Assembly (NCBI GenBank): GCA_963702845.1
Contig: OY969763.1
Span: 544,001 to 608,000 of the forward strand
DNA from: an uncultured Verrucomicrobiae bacterium
GTDB lineage: Bacteria; Verrucomicrobiota; Verrucomicrobiia; Limisphaerales; Palsa-1400
DNA: 64,000 bases
Direction: 5' to 3'
The notes beneath the pieces are model-generated. The model saw only the letters and a list, made by a program, of their open reading frames with translations. It searched no databases and was not told where the DNA came from. This document shows positions 21,371-33,175 of the stretch, piece after piece (within the stretch, counting starts at the first letter, position 1; each line of letters begins with the position of its first letter). The position numbers were made by a program, and so were the translations under genes.

Positions 21371-21934
21371 ATGGTATTTTTCATTTATCTGGGATGCCTC
21401 GGCTTTGGACTGCTTTTCACTATTCTGACTGCCGTCCTTGGCCACCTCTTCGGCGGCTTGGATCATCATGTCGATGTTGGCACCCACGGCCATGTTGACG
21501 CCGGCTTCAGCGATACCGGTATGCCCGGAGTTTCGATTTTCAGTCCGGTAGTAATCTGTTCGTTTGTCACTGCTTTCGGCGCGTTTGGAATGGTTTTCTA
21601 TAATATTGAAAGCACCAAAAGCGTTTGGCTCAACGCTCCGCTCGCGGCTGCTTGCGGACTGATTGTAGCGGCTGGCGCATTTTTCATGTTCAACGCCATC
21701 TTCGAGAGAACCCAGGCTTCGAGCGAAGTTCGCATCGGTTCACTTGTGGGCAAAAACGCCACCGTCATCAGTCCGATCCCCGCCAATGGCTTCGGCGAAA
21801 TCGCATACGTCAGTGGCGGCACACGCTGCACCGCTCCCGCCCGCGAACAAAACGGCGTGCCTGTTGCCAATGGGCAGACCGTCAAAATTACACGCGTCGG
21901 CGAATCCCAGTTTTTTGTCTCCTTAGTTTCGTAA
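21371..21934 (+). CDS. NfeD-like membrane protein (YuaF-type, C-terminal OB fold)
   Basis: Three TM segments, His-rich linker, LVGK.ATV..PIP..GEI; directly upstream of flotillin. Confidence 0.85.
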   Translation: MVFFIYLGCLGFGLLFTILTAVLGHLFGGLDHHVDVGTHGHVDAGFSDTGMPGVSIFSPVVICSFVTAFGAFGMVFYNIESTKSVWLNAPLAAACGLIVAAGAFFMFNAIFERTQASSEVRIGSLVGKNATVISPIPANGFGEIAYVSGGTRCTAPAREQNGVPVANGQTVKITRVGESQFFVSLVS

Positions 21935-21949
21935 TCCAACAACAACGAT

Positions 21950-23488
21950 ATGACTCCTCATCTACTTGCAGAACTTAATCTTGGTTCCATCGGCGGCATC
22001 GTTGTCGCCGTGGTCGCAATTGTCTTTGTCATCTTCCTCTTCCTCGCCATTTTTGCGAGCCGCTACACAAAGGTCGGCCCCAACCAGGTGCTCGTCCTTT
22101 CCGGACGTAAACACAGGTTTCCTGATGCTGAGGGCAACATGCAGGTGCGCGGCTTCCGCATCGTTAAAGGCGGCGGCACGTTCGTTCTGCCCGTCTTGGA
22201 AAAAGTCGATGTCCTCTCGCTCGAACTTCTTACCATCGACGTCCAAACACCCGAAGTTTACACCGTCAAAGGCGTGCCCGTTCGTGTCGACGGCGTCGCG
22301 CAAATCAAAATCAAAGGCGACGACATCTCCATCGCAACCGCTGCCGAACAAGTCTTGAGCAAAAGCATCGACGACATTAAAAACGTCGCCACTCAAACAC
22401 TCGAAGGTCACCTCCGCGCTATTCTCGGCACAATGACCGTTGAAGACATCTACCAGAACCGCGATGCCTTTGCCTCGAAAGTCCAGGAAGTCGCCGCCGG
22501 TGACATGGCCAACATGGGCATGGGCATTGTCAGCTTCACCATTCGCGATATTCGCGACGGCCAGGGCTACCTCGACGCCCTCGGCAAACCGCGAATCGCC
22601 CAGGTCAAACGCGATGCCGTCATCGCCCAGGCCGAAGCCGACCGTGACGCGATGATTCGTTCCTCTCAGGCAACCCAGGCCGGGCAGGAAGCCAAATTCG
22701 CTGCGGACAGCAAAATCGCCGAAGCCCAGCGCGATTACTCGATGAACGTTGCCGCCTATCAGGCATCGGTGAATCAAAAGAAGGCCGAATCTGACCTCGC
22801 CTACGATTTGCAAAAATACAAGACTGGTCAGTTGGTCAAAGCCGAAGAAATCCAGGTCACCATCATTGAGAAGCAAAAACAAATCGAGTTGCAGCAACAG
22901 GAAATCCAGCGCAAACAACGCGAACTCGAAGCCAACGTCCAAAAGCCTGCTGACGCTGAACGTTATCGCGTCGAAACATTGGCCAACGCGACAAAGTTCC
23001 AACTGGAAACCGAAGCTGCCGGTGCCGCCTCGGCCGCAAAAGCCAAAGGCTTTGCCTCCGCCGACGTCGCAAAAGCCACCGGTATCGCCGAAGCCGAAGC
23101 GAACAAAGCGCGCGGTTTGGCTGAAGCCGCCGTCATTCAGGCGCAGGGCTCCGCGACTGCCGAAGCAATGAAGCTCAAAGCCGAATCCTTCAAGCAATAT
23201 AACGAAGCCGCCGTCATCGAAATGATCGTCCGCATCCTGCCTGAAGTAGCTGGCAAAATCAGCGAGCCGCTTTCCAAGACCGAGAAGATGGTCATCATCA
23301 ACAGCGGCAACGGCCCCGGCGGCGGCGCGAGCAAGTTAACTGGCGACGTCACCCAAATCATGGCGCAATTGCCACCAGTTATCGAAAGCCTCACCGGCAT
23401 CAAATTCGAGAAGCTCTTGGAACAAGTCCCAGCCTTGCGAAACGCAATGGAGAACAACAAAAAGACTCCGCCGGCGGGCGAAGCATAA
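21950..23488 (+). CDS. Flotillin-like SPFH domain protein (FloT/YuaG type)
   Basis: GGGTFVLP, LEGHLRAILG.MTVE, GYLDALG, AEAE coiled-coil repeats. Confidence 0.93.
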   Translation: MTPHLLAELNLGSIGGIVVAVVAIVFVIFLFLAIFASRYTKVGPNQVLVLSGRKHRFPDAEGNMQVRGFRIVKGGGTFVLPVLEKVDVLSLELLTIDVQTPEVYTVKGVPVRVDGVAQIKIKGDDISIATAAEQVLSKSIDDIKNVATQTLEGHLRAILGTMTVEDIYQNRDAFASKVQEVAAGDMANMGMGIVSFTIRDIRDGQGYLDALGKPRIAQVKRDAVIAQAEADRDAMIRSSQATQAGQEAKFAADSKIAEAQRDYSMNVAAYQASVNQKKAESDLAYDLQKYKTGQLVKAEEIQVTIIEKQKQIELQQQEIQRKQRELEANVQKPADAERYRVETLANATKFQLETEAAGAASAAKAKGFASADVAKATGIAEAEANKARGLAEAAVIQAQGSATAEAMKLKAESFKQYNEAAVIEMIVRILPEVAGKISEPLSKTEKMVIINSGNGPGGGASKLTGDVTQIMAQLPPVIESLTGIKFEKLLEQVPALRNAMENNKKTPPAGEA

Positions 23489-23495
23489 AACATTT

Positions 23496-23519
23496 GTAGT
23501 AGCCGACGTCAGGAGGCTC
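23496..23519 (+). repeat. Single GTAG-type REP-like unit
   Basis: GTAGTAGCCGACGTCAGGAGGCTC, matches units at 25604-25673. Confidence 0.65.
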
Positions 23520-23534
23520 TAGGATAAACGGGCG

Positions 23535-24120
23535 ATGTCCCCTCTAACACATCTCCTCGCCAGTTGGGTAGTTGCGGTTCAAACAACCGACAACCCGCGC
23601 GACACCAGGCTTGTCGCTTTGGCAGGTGTTGCGCCGGACTTGGATGGGTTGGGAATCCTGGTTGATTGGACGAATCAATTACTCGGTCGTCCTGAAACCG
23701 ATTACTATCATATCTATCATCATTGGTACGGTCACGGATTACTCGCGGCGTTAATAGTTTCAGCCGTTTTCGCCGGCTTCGCAAAGCAACGCTGGCGCGT
23801 ATTCGCCCTGGCTCTTGCAATGTTTCATTTGCACCTGCTGTTTGATTTAGCGGGATGGCGTGGTCCGAGCCCAAAAGACTTGTGGCCGATCTACTATTTC
23901 GGCCCTTTTCGATACCGACCTATGTGGGTGTGGCCGCACCAATGGCCACTCGACGGCTGGCAGAACCACACCATCACTTGGGTCCTGTTGATTTGGGCAA
24001 CTTGCATTGCCCTCAAAAAAGGAAAGTCGTTTTTTGGAGTATTCAGCCACCGCTTCGACGACATCTTCGTGACCGTTATCCGCAAATGGAAAACGCAAAT
24101 CGCCGCCCGCGTCGCCGGCG

Positions 24121-24128
<8 letters not shown>
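23535..24128 (+). CDS. Inner-membrane metal-dependent hydrolase (YdjM-like)
   Basis: TH..,APDLDG, HH..GHGL, HLLFD. Confidence 0.85.
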
Positions 24129-25542
<1,414 letters not shown>

Positions 25543-25603
25543 TTTGACCGAGCAGATTAAAGTCAGCGCAAGGAATGAAAAGAGCAAATTGTGGATCTCC
25601 TAT

Positions 25604-25673
25604 GTTGCAGCCGACGTGAGAAGGCTCTGACTTTCGTCGGTTATAATTTGAACCTCGTGACGTCGGCTGCTAC
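25604..25673. repeat. Inverted pair of GTAG-type REP-like units (REPIN-like)
   Basis: GTTGCAGCCGACGTGAGAAGGCTC ... GAACCTCGTGACGTCGGCTGCTAC. Confidence 0.7.
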
Positions 25674-25755
25674 GAAATGGAGATAATACGTGTAGGTATT
25701 ATTTATTTGCCAAAGCATTGGGCGCAAACGATGCTGAGCGAAGCCGAAACCGTTC

Positions 25756-26874
25756 ATGAAACTGCGCAACTCCAGCATTGTAATCGTGTGCAGTTGTGCC
25801 GTTTTTTGCGCTAATGCGGCATCGTCGGAATGGCCGATGTATCGAGGTGATCCTGCGTTGACTGGTATTTCAACTTCGACTCTCCCAACAAAGCCCGCAC
25901 TGCTTTGGTCGTTTAAAACTGGTGGTCCGGTCCGGTCCTCGCCGGTAATTGCGACGGGCAAGGTTTTCGTTGGTTCGGATGATTCCAAGGTTTACGCGCT
26001 CGACTTCACGACCGGGAGCAAGGTCTGGGAGTTCAAAGCGGATGGTCCCGTCCAGGCGCCGCCTTTATTTTACAGCAACAGAGTTTTTGTTGGTTCTACC
26101 GAAGGCGCATTTTTTGCGCTGGACGCTGCGACAGGCAAACAACTTTGGAAGTACAGCACCGAAGGGAAAATTGCCGGTTCAGCGAATTTTTTTATCAACG
26201 CCGGCAAACCAAATCTCCTGATCGGCAGTTACGATTTCAAGCTGCACTGTTTGGACGCCACGACCGGTAAATCCAATTGGACTTACGAAACCGGCAACTA
26301 CGTCAACGGCACCCCAGCCATTGCGAACGGCCAAACTATTTTCGGCGGCTGCGACGCGATTATCCACATCATCTCGCTGGCAAACGGGACCAAAGTAAAA
26401 GAAATCCCTGCCGGCGCGTACATTGCTGCGTCGGTCGCATTGGCTGATAATCGCGCTTACTTCGGCCATTACGAAAACGAGTTTCTTTGTGTCGACTTAG
26501 GGGAGGGCAAAGTCACCTGGCGTTTCCGTGATCGCGAGTTTCCATTTTTCGCGGCAGCTGCAGTGACGAAGGATCGTGTCGTTTTCGGCGGCGATGACAA
26601 GGCCGTTCACTGTGTGAACCGCGCCGATGGCAAATCACAATGGACCTTCAACACCCGCGGAAAGGTGGACAGTTCACCCGTCGTGGCTGGCGACAAAGTC
26701 GTCTTCGGCTCTTACGACGGACGGGTGTATATTGTCGGGTTGGCAGATGGTAAAGAGCATTGGTCGTATGAACTGGGGCAGCCCGTGGTGAGCTCACCGG
26801 CGGTTGCCGATGAAAAAATAGTGATAGGTTGTGACGATGGCACCGTCAATTGTTTTGGCATTAGCAAAAAATGA
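25756..26874 (+). CDS. Secreted PQQ-like beta-propeller repeat protein (BamB-like)
   Basis: Signal peptide, WPMYRGD..TG, repeated SSP..V.VGS.DG..YAL..G..W. Confidence 0.9.
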   Translation: MKLRNSSIVIVCSCAVFCANAASSEWPMYRGDPALTGISTSTLPTKPALLWSFKTGGPVRSSPVIATGKVFVGSDDSKVYALDFTTGSKVWEFKADGPVQAPPLFYSNRVFVGSTEGAFFALDAATGKQLWKYSTEGKIAGSANFFINAGKPNLLIGSYDFKLHCLDATTGKSNWTYETGNYVNGTPAIANGQTIFGGCDAIIHIISLANGTKVKEIPAGAYIAASVALADNRAYFGHYENEFLCVDLGEGKVTWRFRDREFPFFAAAAVTKDRVVFGGDDKAVHCVNRADGKSQWTFNTRGKVDSSPVVAGDKVVFGSYDGRVYIVGLADGKEHWSYELGQPVVSSPAVADEKIVIGCDDGTVNCFGISKK

Positions 26875-28208
26875 GCGCAACGACTGAACAGACCGTGCAA
26901 GCGCCACCGTTGGAAAAGAAAACAACGGCTGGCAATTATTTCGTCTCCAATTATCCGCCGTTCTCGTTTTGGAAACCTGAGTTGGTGCCGGATGTGATCC
27001 AATCACTGGACCGCCCGCCAAAACCTGCTCCTCTTGGAGTTTACCTACACATTCCGTTTTGCCGCAAACGTTGCCATTTCTGCTACTTCAAGGTTTATAC
27101 CGACAAAGACTCCGCGGCCATTCGTGGTTACATCGATGCCGCTCTCCAAGAGCTCGAAATCTATGCCGCCAAACCTGTAATCGGTGGACGCTCGGCGAGC
27201 TTCGTCTATTTCGGAGGCGGCACACCATCGTACCTTTCCGTCGATCAACTGAAACATCTCACTGATGGGATGAAGCGATTGATTCCGTGGACTGGGGTTG
27301 AAGAGGTCACATTCGAGTGCGAGCCGGGAACGTTAACCACTCACAAACTTGCCGCCATTCGCGAAATGGGCGTGACTCGTCTCAGCCTCGGCGTGGAAAA
27401 CTTCGACGATCACATTCTCGAAATTAACGGTCGTGCTCACCACAGCAAAGAAATCGCGCGCGCCTATTCATTCGCTCGCGAGCTCGGGTTCCCGCAGATC
27501 AATGTCGATTTAATCGCGGGCATGGTGGAGGAAACTGACGCCAACTGGAAAGAGTGCGTGCGCAAGGTAATCGAGATGTCGCCGGACAGTGTCACGATTT
27601 ACCAGATGGAAATTCCCTATAACACGACGATTTACCAGCAAATGAAAACGGCCGGCAAACTGGTCGCGCCGGTCGCGGATTGGGAAGTAAAACGCGCCTG
27701 GGTTGCCTATGCGTTCGGCGAATTGGAAAAAGCGGGCTACACCGTTGGCAGCGCCTACACGGCGGTGAAGGACAAATCGAAGACGAAATTCGTCTACCGA
27801 GATCGCTTGTGGGCGGGCGCAGATTTGCTCGGCCTGGGCGTGGCGTCGTTTGGCCATCTGCAAGGCACGCACTATCAAAACCAGCACGATTTCGAACCTT
27901 ATGTGAAGGCGGTGCAATCCGGCCAATTGCCGATTTTCCGTGCGCTCACCCCGACGGCCGAAGAACGTTTTATTCGCGAGTTCGTATTGCAACTGAAACT
28001 CGGCAGCGTCAGCGCAAATTATTTCAAAAACAAATTCGGCGTAGATGTGAAGCAGCGTTTTGCGGAGCCGCTACAACGATTGTCCGATTGGGGCTTTGCT
28101 TCAATGAACGGAGATATGATCCAACTCAATCGCGATGGCCTTCTGCAAGTCGATCGGCTACTCCACGAATTCTTTTTACCCGAACACAGAAATGCGAGGT
28201 ATGCATGA
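26871..28208 (+). CDS. HemN-like (class C) radical SAM enzyme
   Basis: YLHIPFCRKRCHFC, FGGGTPS, RLSLGV, N.DLI.G, GLGV.SFG. Confidence 0.9.
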   Translation: MSATTEQTVQAPPLEKKTTAGNYFVSNYPPFSFWKPELVPDVIQSLDRPPKPAPLGVYLHIPFCRKRCHFCYFKVYTDKDSAAIRGYIDAALQELEIYAAKPVIGGRSASFVYFGGGTPSYLSVDQLKHLTDGMKRLIPWTGVEEVTFECEPGTLTTHKLAAIREMGVTRLSLGVENFDDHILEINGRAHHSKEIARAYSFARELGFPQINVDLIAGMVEETDANWKECVRKVIEMSPDSVTIYQMEIPYNTTIYQQMKTAGKLVAPVADWEVKRAWVAYAFGELEKAGYTVGSAYTAVKDKSKTKFVYRDRLWAGADLLGLGVASFGHLQGTHYQNQHDFEPYVKAVQSGQLPIFRALTPTAEERFIREFVLQLKLGSVSANYFKNKFGVDVKQRFAEPLQRLSDWGFASMNGDMIQLNRDGLLQVDRLLHEFFLPEHRNARYA

Positions 28209-28789
28209 TCCGAAGTGAGCAAAATGTTGCACGTCCCGACGCGCCGTTCGGTCCGCGGGCGGTTTTCTCGGATGTTTATCCGCTGAACGAATTTTACGCC
28301 GCCCGCAACACGCCGGTGCCGACGATCAGTCACGTTCAAGCAACCGAAATCCCTGAGCCGTACAAATCGCTGCTCGTCCACAAGACGGACATGACGTCAA
28401 AGCTCGAGGCGTTTCATAACGGCAAAATCCACATTCAGCCGCTCGCCCGGCACACGACCGACAACGAATATTTCCGCGAAGTAGTTTTAGTGTTGGAACA
28501 CGCGCTTAAGCCGGTCGAATTCGGAGCCATTAAAATCGTTCTCGATTTGTTCTCGAACGAAGCGCAGCAGGAAATTCTGGAAGAGCGCAGGCCGTTGGGC
28601 CAGATCCTGACGCAGCACAAGATCGCATTTTCCAGCAAGCCGCGCGCTTACCTGCGCGTTATGACCGATAGTTTTATTCAGGCAGCTCTAAACCTCGATG
28701 CCGATGCATTCCTCTATGGCCGTCGCAATACCCTCGTCGACGCCTGGGATCGGCCGCTGGCTGAAATAGTTGAGATACTACCACCATGA
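28205..28789 (+). CDS. Chorismate-lyase (UbiC/UTRA-fold)-like protein
   Basis: LLVH..DMT..LE, REVVL, PLG.IL, YGRR..L....PL..IVEILP; ATGA overlap defines start 28205. Confidence 0.65.
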   Translation: MIRSEQNVARPDAPFGPRAVFSDVYPLNEFYAARNTPVPTISHVQATEIPEPYKSLLVHKTDMTSKLEAFHNGKIHIQPLARHTTDNEYFREVVLVLEHALKPVEFGAIKIVLDLFSNEAQQEILEERRPLGQILTQHKIAFSSKPRAYLRVMTDSFIQAALNLDADAFLYGRRNTLVDAWDRPLAEIVEILPP

Positions 28790-30039
28790 GTGAACAGTTT
28801 GATGTCATTGTCATAGGTGCCGGCCCCGCTGGCACATCTGCGTCTGCAATCCTTGCCGAAAAAGGCCGACGAGTCCTTGTGTTGGAACGCGAAAAATTTC
28901 CGCGTTACCACATCGGCGAATCGATGCTGCCATTTTCATTTCAGCCGCTGCAACGGCTTGGGCTCATCGATAAGATGAGGCAGTCGATGCACACGAAGAA
29001 ATACAGTGTGCAATTTGTATCTAAATCGGGCAAAGCCTCCCAACCATTTTATTTTTTCACCCGTTACGATCGCGACACTGTCGCTCAAACGTGGCAGGTG
29101 TACCGTGCCGAGTTCGATTTGATGCTCATGAACAACGCGCGCGAACGCGGCGCAACCATCAAAGAAGAAATGACAGTGTTGGAACTTTTGAAAGAAGGCT
29201 CGCGTGTAGTCGGCGTTCGCGCCAAAGACAAAGCCGGCGTTATACAGGAATATCGCGCACCAATCACGTTGGACTGCTCCGGCAAAGAAGCCTTCGCCGC
29301 CTCGCGAAATAACTGGCGCACACGTGATCCTTATCTGAACAAAGTCGCCGTGTGGACATATTACAAAGGTGCAAAACGTGACGAAGGGATTGAAGAGGGC
29401 GCCACGACCGTTGCCTACGTTCCGGAAAAAGGTTGGTTCTGGTACATCCCGCTACACAGCGACATCGTCAGTGTTGGCGTTGTTGCCGAAGGAAAGTATT
29501 TAACGCGCGATGGCGTACGCGATACCAAAGGAATCTTCAATCGCGAGGTCGAACAAAACGCGTGGATCAAGGAACACCTGTCTGTCGGCCAATCCACCGG
29601 CCAATATTATCTCACGAACGAATACACGCACCACGCGCGGCATTGCGGCACGGAAGGACTGCTCCTTGTTGGCGACGCGTTTTGCTTTTTGGACCCGGTA
29701 TTTTCTTCCGGTGCGATGCTTGCATTGAAAAGCGGAATCATGGCGGCAGACGCGGTCGACGAAGGGTTGCGCGCCAATGATCTATCGCCTTGTCGGTTTG
29801 AGGACTATTCCAAAACCTTGCGCGAAGGTGTCGAAAACATGCGTAAGTTGATTTACGCCTTTTACAATCCGAAGTTTAGTTTTCGTGCCGTGACCGACAA
29901 ATATCCTGATGCAGCCGGCTGGATTACCGACTGCCTGTCCGGTGACGTGAACAAAGACTTCTCGCAACTGTGGAAGTGTATTGAGGAATACGTGCCGCTG
30001 CCGGAAGCTTTGCCCGTTGGCGCGCCGTTGGTCAATTAA
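28786..30039 (+). CDS. Flavin-dependent halogenase-like FAD oxidoreductase
   Basis: GAGPAG, FPRYHIGES, WxWxIP (GWFWYIP), GDA..FLDPVFSSG. Confidence 0.85.
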   Translation: MSEQFDVIVIGAGPAGTSASAILAEKGRRVLVLEREKFPRYHIGESMLPFSFQPLQRLGLIDKMRQSMHTKKYSVQFVSKSGKASQPFYFFTRYDRDTVAQTWQVYRAEFDLMLMNNARERGATIKEEMTVLELLKEGSRVVGVRAKDKAGVIQEYRAPITLDCSGKEAFAASRNNWRTRDPYLNKVAVWTYYKGAKRDEGIEEGATTVAYVPEKGWFWYIPLHSDIVSVGVVAEGKYLTRDGVRDTKGIFNREVEQNAWIKEHLSVGQSTGQYYLTNEYTHHARHCGTEGLLLVGDAFCFLDPVFSSGAMLALKSGIMAADAVDEGLRANDLSPCRFEDYSKTLREGVENMRKLIYAFYNPKFSFRAVTDKYPDAAGWITDCLSGDVNKDFSQLWKCIEEYVPLPEALPVGAPLVN

Positions 30040-30053
30040 CGCAAACACCAGAC

Positions 30054-33000
30054 TTGGCTCGGGTGCGACGCGCTTCTACAATCGAAGCGGTGAATTCGCG
30101 CGTCTTCAAAATTTCTATTTTGCGGGTTCACCTTGCCCTCGCGCTTCTTCTTTTCGCGCCGGTCGCCCTTTTGGCTCAACGCAGTTCTAATTGGCGCATC
30201 TACCGTGCTTCGGACGGTATGCAGGAATCGATTTGCGTTGGTCTCAGCGTGAGTGCCCGTGGCGGTCTTTGGGTCCATCATCCAGACCGCACCCGCGTGA
30301 GTTGGCTGGACGGTTATGAAGTTCGCAAAGTTTCTTTTCCGGGTCTCGCGGCGTCGCACGTCTACGAGGGCCGCGTCGGGCAAATTTGGGCGTCGTATGC
30401 CGGTGGCGTGCAGGAATTCAAAGACGGCAGTTGGGTGCGCTATCCGATTGAAGCGCTCGCTGGAAAAGGCGAAAGCGTTCTGCTGCCATTGCGGCAAGGA
30501 CAAGTCGTGGCTCTCTCGCCAGAGCGGCTTATTTCGTTTACCAGCGAACCGGCTCCCGAAGCCACGACGATTCGGCAATCGAGTGCGACCACGCTAGGCC
30601 ATTTCACCGACATCATTCGCAGTCGCGATGGCGGCGCGTGGATCGCGGGCGAAAACGGCATCGGCAAATTCGCCTCTGTTCGCCCCCTTGATGCAACCAC
30701 GCCGCTCAGCGAACACGTCCCGGAAGCTGCCTTGGACCTCACCAGATTTACTGCGCTCGTGGAAGACGAAGACGGCAACATCACCGCAGTCGCTCAAACC
30801 GGCGATGGAAAAAAAGCCGTGGTTTATTGGGATCAACGTCAATGGACGAAGTTGCCGGTGCCCACGGCGGATGTCGTCCAGGCCTGGCACTCGGGTGATG
30901 GCACTTTCTGGGAGTTGGCTCCCAATGCCTTGGTGCACCTGCGCAAAGTCGGTTCGCATTGGCAGGCCGAGGATGAAGTCGTTGCTGCTCATTACTATGA
31001 GGCTGCGTGTGATATTAATGGCGCGTTTTGGGTAGCGACGTCCGAAGGCCTCTATCGCTACGCACCAATGCTTTGGCAAACGGCCGCGAACCTTGAAAAC
31101 TCCGTTTCGTTGAACATCGCGTCCGGCAATGACCAACGGCTTTGGTGCCTCAGTTCTGCAACGTTGTTCGGGTTCAATGGCGCGACGTGGTCGTCCGTTC
31201 AATTGCCAGACGAATTGAAAAACTCGAGCGCTCCTGCAGAAGTCACACAGGAACTCTCCAGTTCGAAAGTTTTAGTCGGGGCCGTTGATCGGCTTTTTAT
31301 TTTTGATTCCGCCACGAGCCGCTTTTCACCGTTGATTCACCCGGCCCATCTCCGGCTGAAACTTGTCGGCACGACGAAGGAAGGGACAGCATGCCTTCAG
31401 GCTTTGTCCAGCAACAACGAGGTTCACCTGGAGACGTTCGATGGCCAGCAATTCAAGCCCTTGTTGACGATTTCGACGAATGTCGTTGGCGACGACATAC
31501 GTTTTATGTTCACTGCGCAGAACGGAAACGTGTGGGTTTCTGGCGATAAAGAATTGGCTTATCTGGAGGACGGTAAATGGCAAAAGACCGAAATCGGCAG
31601 CGCGGCGTCAGGACCGGTGATCGCGATGCTCGAAGTCGGCCCGAACAAATTATGGGCAGCATTGCGCGATCGCATCACGCAATTTAACGGCAAGGAGTGG
31701 ACGGTCGTTCGTTCGGGTTTTGACCGCGTCAACGGAATGATCAAAGGCCGCGACGGCAGCGTCTGGGTGGCGAGTAACAATGGGGTGCATCGCTTTTACA
31801 AGGGAGATTGGGTCGCAAACGGCTTCGAGGAAGGCTTGAGCAGTCTCGCCGTGCAGCAGGTCGTGGAAGATTCGTTGGGACATGTGTGGGCGGCGACCGC
31901 TCGAGGTCTAAACACGTTCCACCCCGAAGCTGACACTGATCCTCCAGAAGCCATGATTCAACCGGTCGCCGCCGAATCGATTTCTACCGAAGGCAATCTC
32001 TCGCTCGACTTCGCTGCGCGCGATCGTTGGAAACAAACACCACCTGATCGATTACTATTTTCGTATCGCATCGACGAACAAGATTGGTCTCCGTTCCAGT
32101 CCGATCGCGCGGTCCACTTCAACGAGCTTGGAGGCGGAAAACATTTCTTCCAGGTTCGCGCCATGGATCGCAATTGGAACATTCACGTCAAACCCGCGTT
32201 GTTCGAATTCATCGTGCCGGTTCCATGGTTTCGCGAGACAAGACTCGTGCTCATTGGCGGAGCTGCGGGGTTGGCCGTGCTGTTTTTCGCTGCGCTGGCT
32301 TTTAATCGCCATCGACAACTTGTCCGCAGCTATGCGCAAGTTGAAAAGATCGTTGATCAACGCACGCACGAACTTGAAAAGGCCAATCGCGAACTGTTTC
32401 AGAGTCAAAAGATGAACGCGCTCGGCACTCTCGCCGCTGGAATTGCGCACGATTTCAACAGCATTCTGTCGATTATCAAGGGCTCGGCGCAAATCATTGA
32501 AACCAGCGTCGACAATCCGGAAAAAATTCGCACACGCGTCTCGCGCATCAATACGGCTGTCGACCAGGGCGCGGGCATAGTCAAAGCGATGCTCGGCTTC
32601 AGTCGCTCATCGGATCATCAGGTCTCTCAATGCGATTTGAACCCGCTCGTTCAAGACACTATCCGTTTGCTCGGCGACCGCTTTCAGCGCGAGGTTGAAG
32701 TGCAATTCCAACCGGGAGAAAACCTATCTGCTATTTGTGTTGTGCCGGATTTCATGCAGCAGATCATTTTGAATTTCATCCTGAACGCCGCCGAGTCGAT
32801 GCTGGGTAGCGGCAAAATCAGTGTGAGAACTGGGAGACTGACAGAGCTTCCGACCGAGATGGCTTTAACGCCCGAACCAGCCGCAGCCTACGCGTTCGTT
32901 GAAGTGGTCGATTTCGGTTCCGGCATTGCGCCTGAAATTATGCCGCGCATTTTTGAACCATTCTTTACCACCAAATCCCTGTCGACAAAACGCGGCACCG

Positions 33001-33116
33001 GTCTGGGTCTATCGATGGTTTACGAATTGGCGAAGGAAATGAAATGCGGCTTGAGCGTGCGTTCGAAAGTAGGGGAGGGCAGCATTTTCACTCTGATAGT
33101 GCCCGTGGCGCTGTAG
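30054..33116 (+). CDS. Sensor histidine kinase with periplasmic beta-propeller (Reg_prop) and Y_Y_Y-like domains
   Basis: Propeller repeats, FSYRID..W..F.VRAMD, TM, QKMNALGTLAAGIAHDFN, D.G.G, FEPFFTTK, GTGLGL; start may be GTG near 30090. Confidence 0.9.
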   Translation: MARVRRASTIEAVNSRVFKISILRVHLALALLLFAPVALLAQRSSNWRIYRASDGMQESICVGLSVSARGGLWVHHPDRTRVSWLDGYEVRKVSFPGLAASHVYEGRVGQIWASYAGGVQEFKDGSWVRYPIEALAGKGESVLLPLRQGQVVALSPERLISFTSEPAPEATTIRQSSATTLGHFTDIIRSRDGGAWIAGENGIGKFASVRPLDATTPLSEHVPEAALDLTRFTALVEDEDGNITAVAQTGDGKKAVVYWDQRQWTKLPVPTADVVQAWHSGDGTFWELAPNALVHLRKVGSHWQAEDEVVAAHYYEAACDINGAFWVATSEGLYRYAPMLWQTAANLENSVSLNIASGNDQRLWCLSSATLFGFNGATWSSVQLPDELKNSSAPAEVTQELSSSKVLVGAVDRLFIFDSATSRFSPLIHPAHLRLKLVGTTKEGTACLQALSSNNEVHLETFDGQQFKPLLTISTNVVGDDIRFMFTAQNGNVWVSGDKELAYLEDGKWQKTEIGSAASGPVIAMLEVGPNKLWAALRDRITQFNGKEWTVVRSGFDRVNGMIKGRDGSVWVASNNGVHRFYKGDWVANGFEEGLSSLAVQQVVEDSLGHVWAATARGLNTFHPEADTDPPEAMIQPVAAESISTEGNLSLDFAARDRWKQTPPDRLLFSYRIDEQDWSPFQSDRAVHFNELGGGKHFFQVRAMDRNWNIHVKPALFEFIVPVPWFRETRLVLIGGAAGLAVLFFAALAFNRHRQLVRSYAQVEKIVDQRTHELEKANRELFQSQKMNALGTLAAGIAHDFNSILSIIKGSAQIIETSVDNPEKIRTRVSRINTAVDQGAGIVKAMLGFSRSSDHQVSQCDLNPLVQDTIRLLGDRFQREVEVQFQPGENLSAICVVPDFMQQIILNFILNAAESMLGSGKISVRTGRLTELPTEMALTPEPAAAYAFVEVVDFGSGIAPEIMPRIFEPFFTTKSLSTKRGTGLGLSMVYELAKEMKCGLSVRSKVGEGSIFTLIVPVAL

Positions 33117-33175
33117 TGAAATGATTTTGCAAGTAACCTTGAACTTTGAACATTACCCTTTAGACTCTTGGGAAT

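Noticed and set aside
21962..23197. Long antisense ORFs (411 aa here; also 53532-54758 and 45407-46207)
   Set aside because: They are shadows of real genes on the other strand caused by codon bias, with no recognisable motifs
27680..28204. N-terminal extension of the 369-aa ORF 27680-28789
   Set aside because: It overlaps the radical SAM gene out of frame; the real start is the ATGA-coupled ATG at 28205
26871..28208. Calling this gene hemN/hemW
   Set aside because: It shares the fold, but the N-terminus and operon context are not those of heme biosynthesis; left as HemN-like
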